From assembly GCA_048886185.1 (NCBI GenBank), contig JBHLKY010000015.1, positions 70,298 through 102,297 of the forward strand: 32,000 nucleotides of DNA, written 5' to 3'. A model generated the notes under the pieces. It searched no databases and was not told the origin of the DNA. It saw nothing but the letters and a program-made list of their open reading frames with translations. This document shows positions 6,895 through 17,600 of the stretch, one piece after another (positions within the stretch are counted from its first letter, which is position 1; every line of letters starts with the position of its first letter). This DNA is from Candidatus Hermodarchaeota archaeon (GTDB lineage Archaea; Asgardarchaeota; Heimdallarchaeia; Hodarchaeales; Hodarchaeaceae). The translations under genes and the position numbers were made by a program.

Positions 6895-8481
6895 ATGGGA
6901 ATAATCACTAAAATTCGATCGCAGCGGAAGAGGATTAACTGGTGGAGAGAGTATTCTCTTTCTCTAATAATTATTTTAGTGATGACTATCGCTTCTGGAC
7001 TAGCATCTTCTCAGTATATTCTTATGAGCGATTGGTACTCTGTGGGTCCTTTTCTCGTAGGATCAGAAGAAGATACGTGTCCTCCCTTGGTCGAGGCAGC
7101 TTTTGTTCCTATCCACGTAGAAAGGACAGAAGGAACTTTCACAATTGATTTCACAGTAATTGATGATATAGATCCTGAACCAGATGTCACCGCAATTCTC
7201 CAAGTTTTTTTGCCAGAAGGCTGGCGAGATTGGGATACTATTGAACATGAGGATGGATCTAAGATCAAAATAGAAATCGATTATGATGATGAAGAAATAG
7301 AAATAAAAGGTCCTAATTCAGAAAAAATCTTGAATGATCTCATAAATCTCGGGGGATTAGTAATAGATAATGGTCAGCTTCTGAAGATCGAGCTAAAAGA
7401 TGATAAAGTAGAGATAGAGCTAATAGAACCCCAAACAGGTAAAATAGAACTAGAAGATTTTGAAGGAGAGCCTATTTCAATGGTGAATAAATTACTTAAG
7501 GTTACAGCTGTGGATGACGCTGGGAATTTAGGTATCGCTACTGCGACCCCATCTTTCGATGATGATAAGATAGACACATGTTCCTCACCGATAGAATTTA
7601 TAGAAGAACAGATAGTCTTATTAGAAAATATAAAGAGTTCAGAAGCAGAAGAAGAAATTGAAACCGCTATAGAATATCTTAGCATGGCGATTGAAGCCTT
7701 CAAAATAGACCTCATAAGATGTGCAATGAATAAAATTAGACTTGCGGTCGAAAACTTGATAGATGCCCAAGATGAAGATGGGGCAGATACTCAAGAAGTA
7801 ATAGATAATCTAATCAATTGGGTTCGATGTATAGTAGATCAAGCTATGAATACTGCTATTGATTTGCTAGGAGAGGAAAATTCACACATCATTGAAGCAC
7901 AAGAAAAATGTGGAACTGCTTTCTTAAAAATAGACCAAGGAAAATACGATGAAGCAATCACGAAATTCAAGGAAGTATATACTGATCTTATGAAAGAATT
8001 GCATAATTATATTTCTACCCTCAGCGTATCTACAACAGACACTTCTGCAACAATTACACTAAGATTATATAGAGTAGGTTTTGTGGTATGCTATTATGGT
8101 ATTGGTACGCCAACATACTCAACTGAAGTTACATCATTATCTCGTAATCATGAAATCATTTTAACAGGACTCATTCCCGACTCTGAATATTCATACTATC
8201 TCGAAATTACTTTTGATCTTGAATTTCCTGATAACCCTGGGGGGAATACCGATCGATATCCATATGATTTAAGCTATCTAACCTTTACAACGACTGATGA
8301 GATGAAAATCACAACTGAAGAACCAACCACTAAAGATGATTCTCTAGGACTTTCTTCTAGCTGGAGTATTTCTTCTGATTTGAGTGATAACACTCCAGGA
8401 TTTGAAATAATTCTTATCATAGTGTGCCTGCTTTCAGGTGTTTTCTTATTTAAAAGAAGAAAAAAATCTAAGCAACCATGA
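6895..8481 (+). CDS. PGF-CTERM-anchored cell-surface protein (528 aa)
   Basis: N-terminal basic and hydrophobic signal, acidic beta-rich region ending LKVTAVDDAGN, helical region, FN3-like segment (SATIT...HEIILTGLIPDSEYSY) and Thr/Ser linker. The C-terminus TPGF-EIILIIVCLLSGVFLF-KRRKK is the tripartite archaeosortase (PGF-CTERM-type) signal. GAGGA upstream of the ATG. Confidence 0.9.
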   Translation: MGIITKIRSQRKRINWWREYSLSLIIILVMTIASGLASSQYILMSDWYSVGPFLVGSEEDTCPPLVEAAFVPIHVERTEGTFTIDFTVIDDIDPEPDVTAILQVFLPEGWRDWDTIEHEDGSKIKIEIDYDDEEIEIKGPNSEKILNDLINLGGLVIDNGQLLKIELKDDKVEIELIEPQTGKIELEDFEGEPISMVNKLLKVTAVDDAGNLGIATATPSFDDDKIDTCSSPIEFIEEQIVLLENIKSSEAEEEIETAIEYLSMAIEAFKIDLIRCAMNKIRLAVENLIDAQDEDGADTQEVIDNLINWVRCIVDQAMNTAIDLLGEENSHIIEAQEKCGTAFLKIDQGKYDEAITKFKEVYTDLMKELHNYISTLSVSTTDTSATITLRLYRVGFVVCYYGIGTPTYSTEVTSLSRNHEIILTGLIPDSEYSYYLEITFDLEFPDNPGGNTDRYPYDLSYLTFTTTDEMKITTEEPTTKDDSLGLSSSWSISSDLSDNTPGFEIILIIVCLLSGVFLFKRRKKSKQP

Positions 8482-8529
8482 ATAACTAAAAGATTTTCCC
8501 TTTATTCGGAGCAGTAGCCCTAATACTGA

Positions 8530-9162
8530 GCTGGTCTAGGGCAAACTGGCCGAACATGGGGGATTTATAGAGGATTGTACTCAAATGAGAAAATCGTCCG
8601 CAATATCGTCATACTAGCAAAAGGGATGAATTCAGGTATCTATCCCCTCTCAACTACCAGTTATTAACCAAAATTTACACAAATCTTTGAAGAAAACCCA
8701 TTTTTACGTATCTCCAGCACAGAGTGATCTGAATTAGGTTTTTACTTAATAAGAAAGATGTTGAGTATTATTTCTCAACCTAAATTCCTGAAGCATGTCC
8801 AAGATATGCGATCTGAGTTCAGTGGGGGATTATTGGAACTTCAAGAAAGTTATTCTGAGAAGATAGTAGATGTCAGAGGCCACGAACTGATGTGGGGGAT
8901 TGAATTTATAGATGAGTTCACCTCATTACATTTTACTTTAACAATGATTAAAAAGGGGGTGTGGTGTGATTATTACTGTTATCACAAGGTTACAAATAAA
9001 TTTTTCCCACTGACTATTATTAGAACTACGGATATAGACGAGATCCTTAAAAGGACAGGAAAGTCCCTAAAGGAAATTAAAATAAATCATGAAATAAAAG
9101 AAAAATCGAATGTAATACAAATCTCTAGATTCTTATTGAATAACATTAAATACATCATGTAA
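8530..9162 (+). pseudogene. Class-III PLP-dependent aminotransferase remnant (C-terminal part only)
   Basis: One frame reads AGLGQTGRTWG...NIVILAKGMNSGIYPLS (PLP-Lys-like codon 8620-8622)...FEENPFLRISSTE*SELG...VRGHELMWGIEF...KFFPL. In-frame stops are TAA 8665-8667 and TGA 8725-8727. The N-terminal part is absent. The track ORF 8758..9162 is only the last piece. Confidence 0.85.
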
Positions 9163-9199
9163 TGAATTGATAATCGATTTCAATAAAGGGCAGGAAACC

Positions 9200-10654
9200 A
9201 TGATAATCATCAGAAATAAAGTTCTAAGATTTAGTCTGAGTATCTTCTGGTTTTTAACAACATTAATTTTGGTTGTTCCATTACTTCAAACGGATTGTAT
9301 TGATTATTATCCCTCTGATGATGAATTTGAGATCCTAGGGTTTAATGTGCAAATTTACTTTGATCCTAAACCCGAACCGGAACCCAAAACCATTTCTTCA
9401 GGCATTGATAAAATTAAGGGGATCATTAATATCACTGGGGAGTTTTCAGGGTATTTTTTTGGAATTATAATTGATTCTTATGGTACCATCTATAACAATG
9501 AGACGATTTTTTCAAACGAAAATATTGGTAAACTCACCATCCAACTCAACTCTTCCCATAAGGCTTATACGGAAGAAATTCTAATTGAAACACCAAACTC
9601 AAATGGTCAATTCACAGTTTACATGGTAGCATACTTTGTTTGGTGGGAGGAAATGACTTACGATTTTTCTGGTGATAAAGTCGTAAAACTTGATGCTGAA
9701 TACCAAAAGCTAGGGTTTGATCTAGCAAATATAATCATTCCAAGTGCGATTTTTCTCTTCTGTATCAGTATGATATTTATCTCTGTGTTTGCATATAGGA
9801 AAATACACAAGCAGAAGGATATTGATACTAATGAGATTAATAAGCGATTAGAGCAAATAATCATATTTAATAAACAGTTTTTTACTCGGTCAGGTGGTTT
9901 TAAAGATTTAGATCTCAATTCCATGATTTCTTGGGACAAACCTGGACAGCTCAATTTATTAGAACAGAGAAAACAAGAGCTAGAACAAAAATTGAAGAAA
10001 TTAGAACCAAGACAGAAAGAATTAAATGGGATTGCTAAAAGATTAGAGGAAGCTAGAAATCCTGTTCTCAATAATGATCTCTTTAAGGTTATTTCATCTC
10101 ACTTTATTCATGCAAGCAGAAAAAGAGAAAATTATCCATCAATCAATCATGTTGAAGAAAAGGTTCGTGAATTAAGGAACTCTCTCAGGGAAGGTAGATG
10201 GGATGAACTACAAGATCTTGAGAAGGTAAAGCTTGCATGGATAATATGCGAATCCTACATACGAGAAACAAACACCGAAGAGGTTTTATTGGGAAAAAAC
10301 AGAGATCCTGAAAAAGAAGCTATAGCGCTTACAATGTATGTCAAGAACTTTATTCAAACCGAAACCAATACACGGTGGCCTCCAGATCGTAACCTAATAT
10401 TAAAAACAATAGAAGAGTCAAAAACAGATTTGGATATAATTAGTAATTTAATAATAAAATTGAGAAAATCAAATAAAAAATCCATAAGAAAATACTTGAA
10501 AAAATGTGAAACCATAAAGCAAGAAGCAGAAGATAATTTGAAATGGCTTAAATCAAGGGAGGCTGATATTGATACTGATATAGCAAGTCGAAATTTAATA
10601 AGATTAAATAAATTAATCAATTTGCTAGATAATGAGCTTAATTTGTTAAGCTGA
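9200..10654 (+). CDS. Hypothetical membrane protein: N-terminal signal/TM, ~160-aa external domain, TM, ~285-aa basic coiled-coil cytoplasmic region
   Basis: Hydrophobic segments FSLSIFWFLTTLILVVPLL and LANIIIPSAIFLFCISMIFISVFAY, the latter followed by RKIHKQK. Heptad-like runs LEQRKQELEQKLKKLEPRQKELNGIAKRLEE. ATG 9200 preferred; the track start is 9167. Confidence 0.85.
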   Translation: MIIIRNKVLRFSLSIFWFLTTLILVVPLLQTDCIDYYPSDDEFEILGFNVQIYFDPKPEPEPKTISSGIDKIKGIINITGEFSGYFFGIIIDSYGTIYNNETIFSNENIGKLTIQLNSSHKAYTEEILIETPNSNGQFTVYMVAYFVWWEEMTYDFSGDKVVKLDAEYQKLGFDLANIIIPSAIFLFCISMIFISVFAYRKIHKQKDIDTNEINKRLEQIIIFNKQFFTRSGGFKDLDLNSMISWDKPGQLNLLEQRKQELEQKLKKLEPRQKELNGIAKRLEEARNPVLNNDLFKVISSHFIHASRKRENYPSINHVEEKVRELRNSLREGRWDELQDLEKVKLAWIICESYIRETNTEEVLLGKNRDPEKEAIALTMYVKNFIQTETNTRWPPDRNLILKTIEESKTDLDIISNLIIKLRKSNKKSIRKYLKKCETIKQEAEDNLKWLKSREADIDTDIASRNLIRLNKLINLLDNELNLLS

Positions 10655-10705
10655 ATAAATTTAATTCAGAAATTGAACGAGATCCATCATAATTGAGCCA
10701 ATAAA

Positions 10706-11059
10706 ATGAATGAATCAATAAAGTTTTTGTACCGTGCTTTGGGAGGCACCCTCCTAATCATCCTGATAATTATTTGTGGAATAATAGCACTTGCTTTTCT
10801 TGTGGCTGGAGTTGCCCTTGCAGGGCTTTCGTGGTTATTATTTATTTCTCCAGATATCTTAAAGACTTATCGTATATCATTCTTAGGTGAACGGGTAGTC
10901 GATCCCTTTCAGGCTTTTTTATTATTCCTTTTATCAGGATTAACCTTAGCAGCTTTTGGTATTATTCTATTTGGATGTCTATATTTTGCTAGTAAAGCCA
11001 TTCAAAAAATAGCTAAAGACTTAATAAGTGAAAGAGCGCAAAGCAAGGAAACTTCATGA
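10706..11059 (+). CDS. Small integral membrane protein (117 aa), paralog A
   Basis: Two long hydrophobic stretches. About 65% identical by hand alignment to the next gene (YRALGGTLL, RISFLGER, SGLTLAA). Lacks the extra C-terminal TM. Confidence 0.85.
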   Translation: MNESIKFLYRALGGTLLIILIIICGIIALAFLVAGVALAGLSWLLFISPDILKTYRISFLGERVVDPFQAFLLFLLSGLTLAAFGIILFGCLYFASKAIQKIAKDLISERAQSKETS

Positions 11060-11079
11060 AAATTCTAATTTAGAATTTT
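11059..11079. promoter_or_regulatory. 21-bp palindrome between the paralogs (possible operator)
   Basis: aaaattctaa-t-ttagaatttt, with perfect 10-bp arms. AT-rich, so chance is not excluded. Confidence 0.3.
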
Positions 11080-11155
11080 GATGATGAATTAATGTAGAAA
11101 ACGAAATAAAAGAATTCTCCCACCTAGATTGAAAAATAGATGCTGTGTAAATGAA

Positions 11156-11602
11156 ATGAGTGAACCAATAAAGTTAGGGTACCGTGCTTTAGGAGGCACC
11201 CTCCTAGTTATTCTGATAATTATTTGCGGAACAATAGCAATTGCTTTTCTAATAGCTGGAATTGCCCTTATGGCATATATTTCATGGTTGCCCTATATCG
11301 ATCCAAGCTTCTTACAGACTATTCGCATATCATTCTTAGGTGAACGGATATTAGATCCTTCCTATGCTTTCTTATTGTTCTTTATATCAGGATTGACCTT
11401 GGCAGCGGTCGGAATTATTATATTTGGGTTTTTATATTATGTTGCTAAAACTGCTGAATTAATTGACAAGGATTTATCAAATTCAGTGGAAAATACTTTG
11501 CCAAGTCTCAAAGTTCTTAAAAGCCGAAAAGGAAAAGCAGTCTTTATATTGGGAATAATGTTGTTTGGCACAGTCCTTACATTTCTCGCTTTAATTTTTT
11601 AA
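11156..11602 (+). CDS. Small integral membrane protein (148 aa), paralog B
   Basis: ATG 11156 aligns with the paralog A start (MSEPIK vs MNESIK). Additional C-terminal TM AVFILGIMLFGTVLTFLALIF. Confidence 0.85.
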   Translation: MSEPIKLGYRALGGTLLVILIIICGTIAIAFLIAGIALMAYISWLPYIDPSFLQTIRISFLGERILDPSYAFLLFFISGLTLAAVGIIIFGFLYYVAKTAELIDKDLSNSVENTLPSLKVLKSRKGKAVFILGIMLFGTVLTFLALIF

Positions 11603-11643
11603 TAAATCATATATTAAGTCTGAATCCATGTCCAGCTTTGATG

Positions 11644-14600
11644 TCATGTATTTTTCTTTCGCTTTAATAACAATGTACTTGCCGTGAAAGACACTATTAC
11701 AACTACACTAAAAGCTCCAAGAAGAAGAATTGGATCAAAAATAACTTCTTCAACTATAACTTGAAATGACTCTTTTGCTGTTTCTACAACATTCCCAGCC
11801 CTATCCTTAATCTCCAAGTACCAATAGTATGTACCATCTTCCAGTTCATCATGATTGAAAGTATGGCTACGGCTTTTAGTAATATCCAATGAACTCCAAG
11901 ATGCTTCTCCTTGATCTTCATGACGATACCATAACAAGACTTTCTCTATTCCAGAAGCATCTTTAGGTTCCCAAACAACTATAGATATAGTATTGTTCAT
12001 TCCTGCTGTTAACACCTCCTCAGTCTGGTTTATTTTAGAGTAACTTGGAGGATTAAAATCACGGACTGTAGAGGACATGGTTTTTGTCGTATCGTTATTC
12101 CCTGCAGTATCATTATACCAGAAATACCACACCCATACATGACCATAAACTAATAGTGAGGAGTCAATCCTAAAACTCTGGTTTTCAGTAACAAGAGCGT
12201 TTAGCCATTTAGATGATGTACTATTATCTTTATAATAGAAATATATTTCATCCACTCCACTAGCATCTGTTGGTTCAGCGATCACAATTGATATTGTAGC
12301 AGATTTATCATATTCTAGGGGAGAAATATCCTGCTGCATAGATAGGAATGAAGGAGGGGTATTATCGGTTACAGTGAAAGTATAGATGATCGTTTGATTA
12401 CTATTCCCTGCAGTATCATTAAACCAGAAGTACCAATCATAAAAATCAGGATATATTAGTGCCTTATTATCAAATGTATAATTGGCAGTGTTTGAAACAT
12501 CTATTGGATCCAACCATAAATTATTATCATGATTATTATGCCGATAATACAATAATATAGTGTCAACTCCACTGGCATCTTCCGGTTCTATCAAATTAAC
12601 AGAAACAGTGAAATCAGCATCGTATTCAGGGTGGCCTTCAGTTAAGTGCCCTGCAACAGGTGCTATAGTATCGATTACTGTAAATGACAAGATATCTGTG
12701 CTTCCATAATTCCCAGCAGTATCGTTGAACCAGAAAAACCAGTCATATACTTGGCTAAAAGTTAACATCGAAGCTTTGAAGGTATAATTCTGGATATAAG
12801 AGACATCTATATGTTTCCATGCTTCATTGTTCACACGATAGTAAAGAAGAACTGTATCTACACCACTAGCATCCTCAGGTTCCGAAATATCGACAGAAAC
12901 AGTATTTGACTCACAATATTGGATTACTGTATCTTCTTGGAATGGATCTTCTGAACCTTGAGGTATTGTTGTATTTTGTTGAAATAGATCAGAAAAAGTT
13001 GGCGCAGTCGTATCGATTATAATAAACGATTGAGTGGCAGTTAGATTGCTATTACCAGCTGTATCATTAAACCAGAAATACCAGTCGTAATTTTGGTTAT
13101 AGCTAAGCATGTCTGCTGTGAATATGTAACTGCTTGTGTCTGAAACATCAACAAAAATCCATGAACCATTATTATTTACCTGATAGTAAAGCAGAATAGT
13201 TTCTACTCCGCTGGCTTGATCAGACTCAATTACGTTAACTTCAACAATATTTGTTTCATCGTATTCAATATGGGTATTTGTTTGAGTGGGATTTGTATAA
13301 GTGGGAGAGGTCTTGTCTACTACACTGAAAGAATAAATTGCTGTTGTGTTTGAATTGCCAGCTAAATCATTAATCAGGAAGTACCACTTGTAAAATTGAC
13401 CATAGATAAACATATCGGATGTAAAAGTGTAATTCTTCATTGTAGTGACATCAACCATTAACCACGCTCCATTATCTACTTGATAGAAAAGTAGAATAGT
13501 GTCAATACCGCTAGAACCTTCAGGTTCATCTGGAATAATAAAAACAGTGTTAAACTCAGTATATTCTGGTAAAGAATTCGTCTGATTCACTTCAGAATAA
13601 AGACGAGGTCCGATATCTGTTATAATAAAGAATAGAATAGGAGTCTGATGACTAAATCCAGAAGTTTCATTGATCCAATAATAACATTCCCAAATTTGTC
13701 CATAAAACAGAAGATCTGAATAGAACATGAAATTATGACTTGTTGAGATATTTATACTAGTCCAGGTTTCATCATCTACCCTATAGTAAAGAAGACAAGT
13801 ATCAATATTTGAAATATTTTCTACTCCAAAGAAGACAATATGATCAAGATCATAATTTACTTCAGCTGTTTCTTGATAAATCCAGATATTATTCTCGCTA
13901 TAGTAATTGAACTGAAGGTACTCGTGATTTCCATCTGGATTACCTAATCCTGGTTTAATATTGAAAATAACTGATGAAATTGAATTGTACGAGGAATTTA
14001 CTAGGTATATACTCGTACTATTTCCACCAGGTCCATTAGATGACGCATACCCCCCTTCTCCACCTATTCCACCAATAATATCAGAAACGATGTTGTTTTG
14101 AATAATGTTATAAGTTGAATTCAAGAGATAAATGCCAATTCCTACACCACCAGAACCCCCAGAGGCTTGATATCCTCCTGTCCCACCTATTCCTCCCTTT
14201 ATGTTCTTAATGGTATTATTTTTGATGATTATGTTTTCAGAATTTAAGAGAAAGATAGCAACACCTGATTCTCCAAGATAACCAGGAATAGTCGATGCTC
14301 CAGTGGCTCCAGCAGCTCCTTGATAGTTTGATATGATATTATTCATAACAGTGATGTTATGACAATTGATTAATACAATCTTTCCAAGATTGGTTGGATT
14401 ACTTTGGGCAGTAAGAGTGTATCCTTCAATAACTGTATCTGCTTGACCGAAAAGGTAGATGATAAGGTTATAATCAAGACGGTTTGTTTGAAGGAGATTG
14501 TTAAAACTATTATTTTCGAGAAAAATGCCAAAAGCTGATCCTTTAGTCCCATTAACATTACCACGGCCACCTATAGCTTCCATTATATTGTTGATATTAT

Positions 14601-17600
14601 TATATCGTAACAGATTTTCAGTGGAGTTAGAGAAATATATTCCTGCACCGATTCCGCCATTCCCTCCAGAGCCATAGGAGCTATCTGCAGTTCCCCCTAT
14701 TCCCCCTATAATATCATTAATCCAATTACTATAAAAACGATTCTTAGTTGAATTAGACAGATATATCCCTGTTCCGATGCCACCATTCCCTCCCGAGCTA
14801 TAGGAACCATTTGCGGCTCCCCCCATTCCACCAGTAATATCAGTAATCAAATTGAAAGAAAAGTAATTATCATGGGAGTTTGACAAAAATATTCCTGCAC
14901 CGATCCCATCATTCCCTCCCGAGCTATTAGTGTCGTTTGTTCCCTCTCCTATTCCCCCACTGATATCAGTGATTGAGTTGAAAGTGATATAATTATCGTC
15001 GGAATAATACAAGTATATTCCTGTTCCAATATTACCAAGTGAATAAGGGTTTTTTATTAAATCTCCCGAATGTTCAATATTGTTAATTTGATTTTCTTGG
15101 ATAACATTATTAGTAGAATGACTTAATGTAATCCCATTGAAACTGATGTTGATAAAAGTATTCGAATAGAGATTATTATTCGAGGAATTTCTTAAATAAA
15201 GCCCAAAATAATTATTTTTGAAAGTATTATCTTTAATAAGGCAATTACTGGCATGATCAAGTATCAGAGGATAGTAATTATTTATGAAATAAGAATTAGT
15301 GATCTGAACACCATCAGTATTGATCCATAAGCTTCCAAATTCACTAGAAGCATTTCCACAATAAGAAATAGAACTGCTGTTCATACGGAAAGAAGAACCA
15401 TTTTTTACTTTTATTTGGTAGGAGTTGGTTGAATCTATGGAAGTAATGGATGACCCAGTTTCAATAGTAAGACTACCACCTTTGAAAATCTCAATACGGG
15501 ATTGACTACTGGATATGTAAGTCATATAAACGGTAATGTTTCGAAGAGTTAGAGTTCCGTTTTTAAGGATAAGTAAATTCCCATTAAGGGTTAAAATATC
15601 ATTCTCAAGAATTATCGTGTGATTTTCGATAATCCAATCACCCATGGATGGTAAATTGAAGTGTTTTACAACAGAGAGCCATACTGTATCTTTTGCTTGG
15701 TTATTCTTTTGATCAAAAACTATCAATGTGTAGTTGTAATCGCCTATAGGAAGTTCAGTGATTTGAAGATCGATTGAAGATCCATTCCAAGGGCCTGAAA
15801 GAATAACAGTTCCATTTTGATAGATGACATAAGAAGAGGGATAAACATCATTAGGAAGCCAACTAAGCTCCGTGTCAGTTACACCTTCAGAAATAGTCAC
15901 ATCAAAAGGATGATTAATGTTGGGAACTGTCAAATCTTCCACATAGAATGATTTAAATCCTACATAGTGGCTAGTATCGTCACTATTACCCGCTGTATCA
16001 TTATACCAGAAATACCAGTTATAAATCTGACCATAGGTAAGCATCTCCTCAGTAAAGGTGTAAGTGCTGGTCTCCGTGACATCCACGATTATCCAAGACA
16101 TAAAGTTTATTCGATAATAGAGTAGGATAGTATCCACACCACTTGCGTCCTGCGGTTCAGTTATAGTTACTGATACGGTATTAGATTCATCATATTCTGG
16201 CTTGACACTAGTCTGTGTTAGATCAGAGAAACTTGGTACAGTGTTATCAATTACATTGAAAAACTGCTTTATGGACTGATCATTGTTACCTGCGGTGTCA
16301 TTAAACCAAAAGTACCACTCATAACTTTGATTATATGCAAGATCTGCAAAAGTGTAACTGCTAGTAGTACTGCAGTCTACCTCTTCCCAAGAATCATTGT
16401 TGATACGATAGTATAATAAAATCTTATCAACACCACTTGCGTCTGATTCTTCACTGACTACGATAGAAACAGTATTGATCTCATCATATTCAGGTGTATT
16501 TGCTACCTGATTTGGAGGTTCTATAATTTCAGGTACAAAATTATCAACTACTTCGAAAGAGAACTCATTACTGAAAGCTATATTACCAACAGTATCATTA
16601 TAACCAATCTTCCATTTGTAAACCTGACCATAGAATAACATTAGATCATTAAAGGTGAAAGATTGAGTAGTTGTAATTTCTACAATTGTAAATGTTTGCC
16701 AATTATTTATTGTATAATTGATCCATACTGTATCGACACCACTAGCATCAAAGGATTCAGTCACTAAAATGGAAACAGAAGTAGAACCATTAAACTCGGG
16801 AGTGGAATCAGTTTGAACTGGTTTAATCTCGACATCTGGGGCATATGAATCTATAACTACAAAAGAAAATTCAGAGCTAATTGCATAATTTCCTATGGAG
16901 TCGTTATATCCAATAATCCATTGAAAGGTTTGACCAAACACCAACAATGATTCATTAAAGGTGTAGTATTGCGTTTTACTAATATTAGCTACTGTGAATG
17001 ACTGCCAATTATTCGAAGTGTAATTAATCCATATAGTATCGATACCTGCGGCGTCAGAGGGTTCAGCCACAACAATAGAAGCAATTACAGTACCATTATA
17101 ATCAGGTGTGGAGGTAGTTTGGCTAGGTGTTATACTAACATCAGGTGAATAACTATCGATAACAGTAAAGGTGAATTCATTACTGGTAGCAAAATTGCCT
17201 GCAGTGTCGTTATAGGCTATTATCCATCTATATATCTGGCCATATTCAAGATTTGTATCTGTAAAGATGAAAGTTTGAGTCTCTGTTATGTTAATCACTA
17301 GAAAATTGTTCCAGTTGTCAATTGTATAATTAATCCAGACAGTATCCACGCCACTTGCATCTCCAGGTTCAGACACAGTGATGGAAGCAATAACGGTACC
17401 GTTATATTCAGGGGTAGTGGTGGTTTGAGCAGCTGGAGTGATTAAATCAGGAATATAAGAGTCGATGACTGAGAAGGAGTGTTCCTCACTCGAAGCGGTG
17501 TTTCCCACAGTGTCGTTATAAAGAATAACCCATTGATAGACTTGGTTATAGAATAATAATGAGTCTGTAAAGACAAATGTTTGTGTTTTTGTAATATTGA

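Noticed and set aside
8665-8727. Stop-codon recoding (Sec or alternative code) in the aminotransferase
   Set aside because: The stops are of two kinds (TAA and TGA), the N-terminus is missing, motifs are eroded, and TGA and TAA end normal genes elsewhere in the window.
109-10620. Antisense or alternate-frame ORFs over the plus-strand genes (109, 228, 3848, 4124, 5128, 6942, 7011, 7063, 7374, 9658, 10354)
   Set aside because: They overlap better-supported frames and have no motifs; 3848 and 4124 simply mirror the 276-bp repeat.
10651-10669. CTGAAT-N7-ATTCAG palindrome resembling CTGAAT-N5-ATTCAG at 5917-5933 as a shared operator
   Set aside because: Only 6-bp arms, different spacers, and it overlaps a stop codon in AT-rich DNA; compatible with chance.
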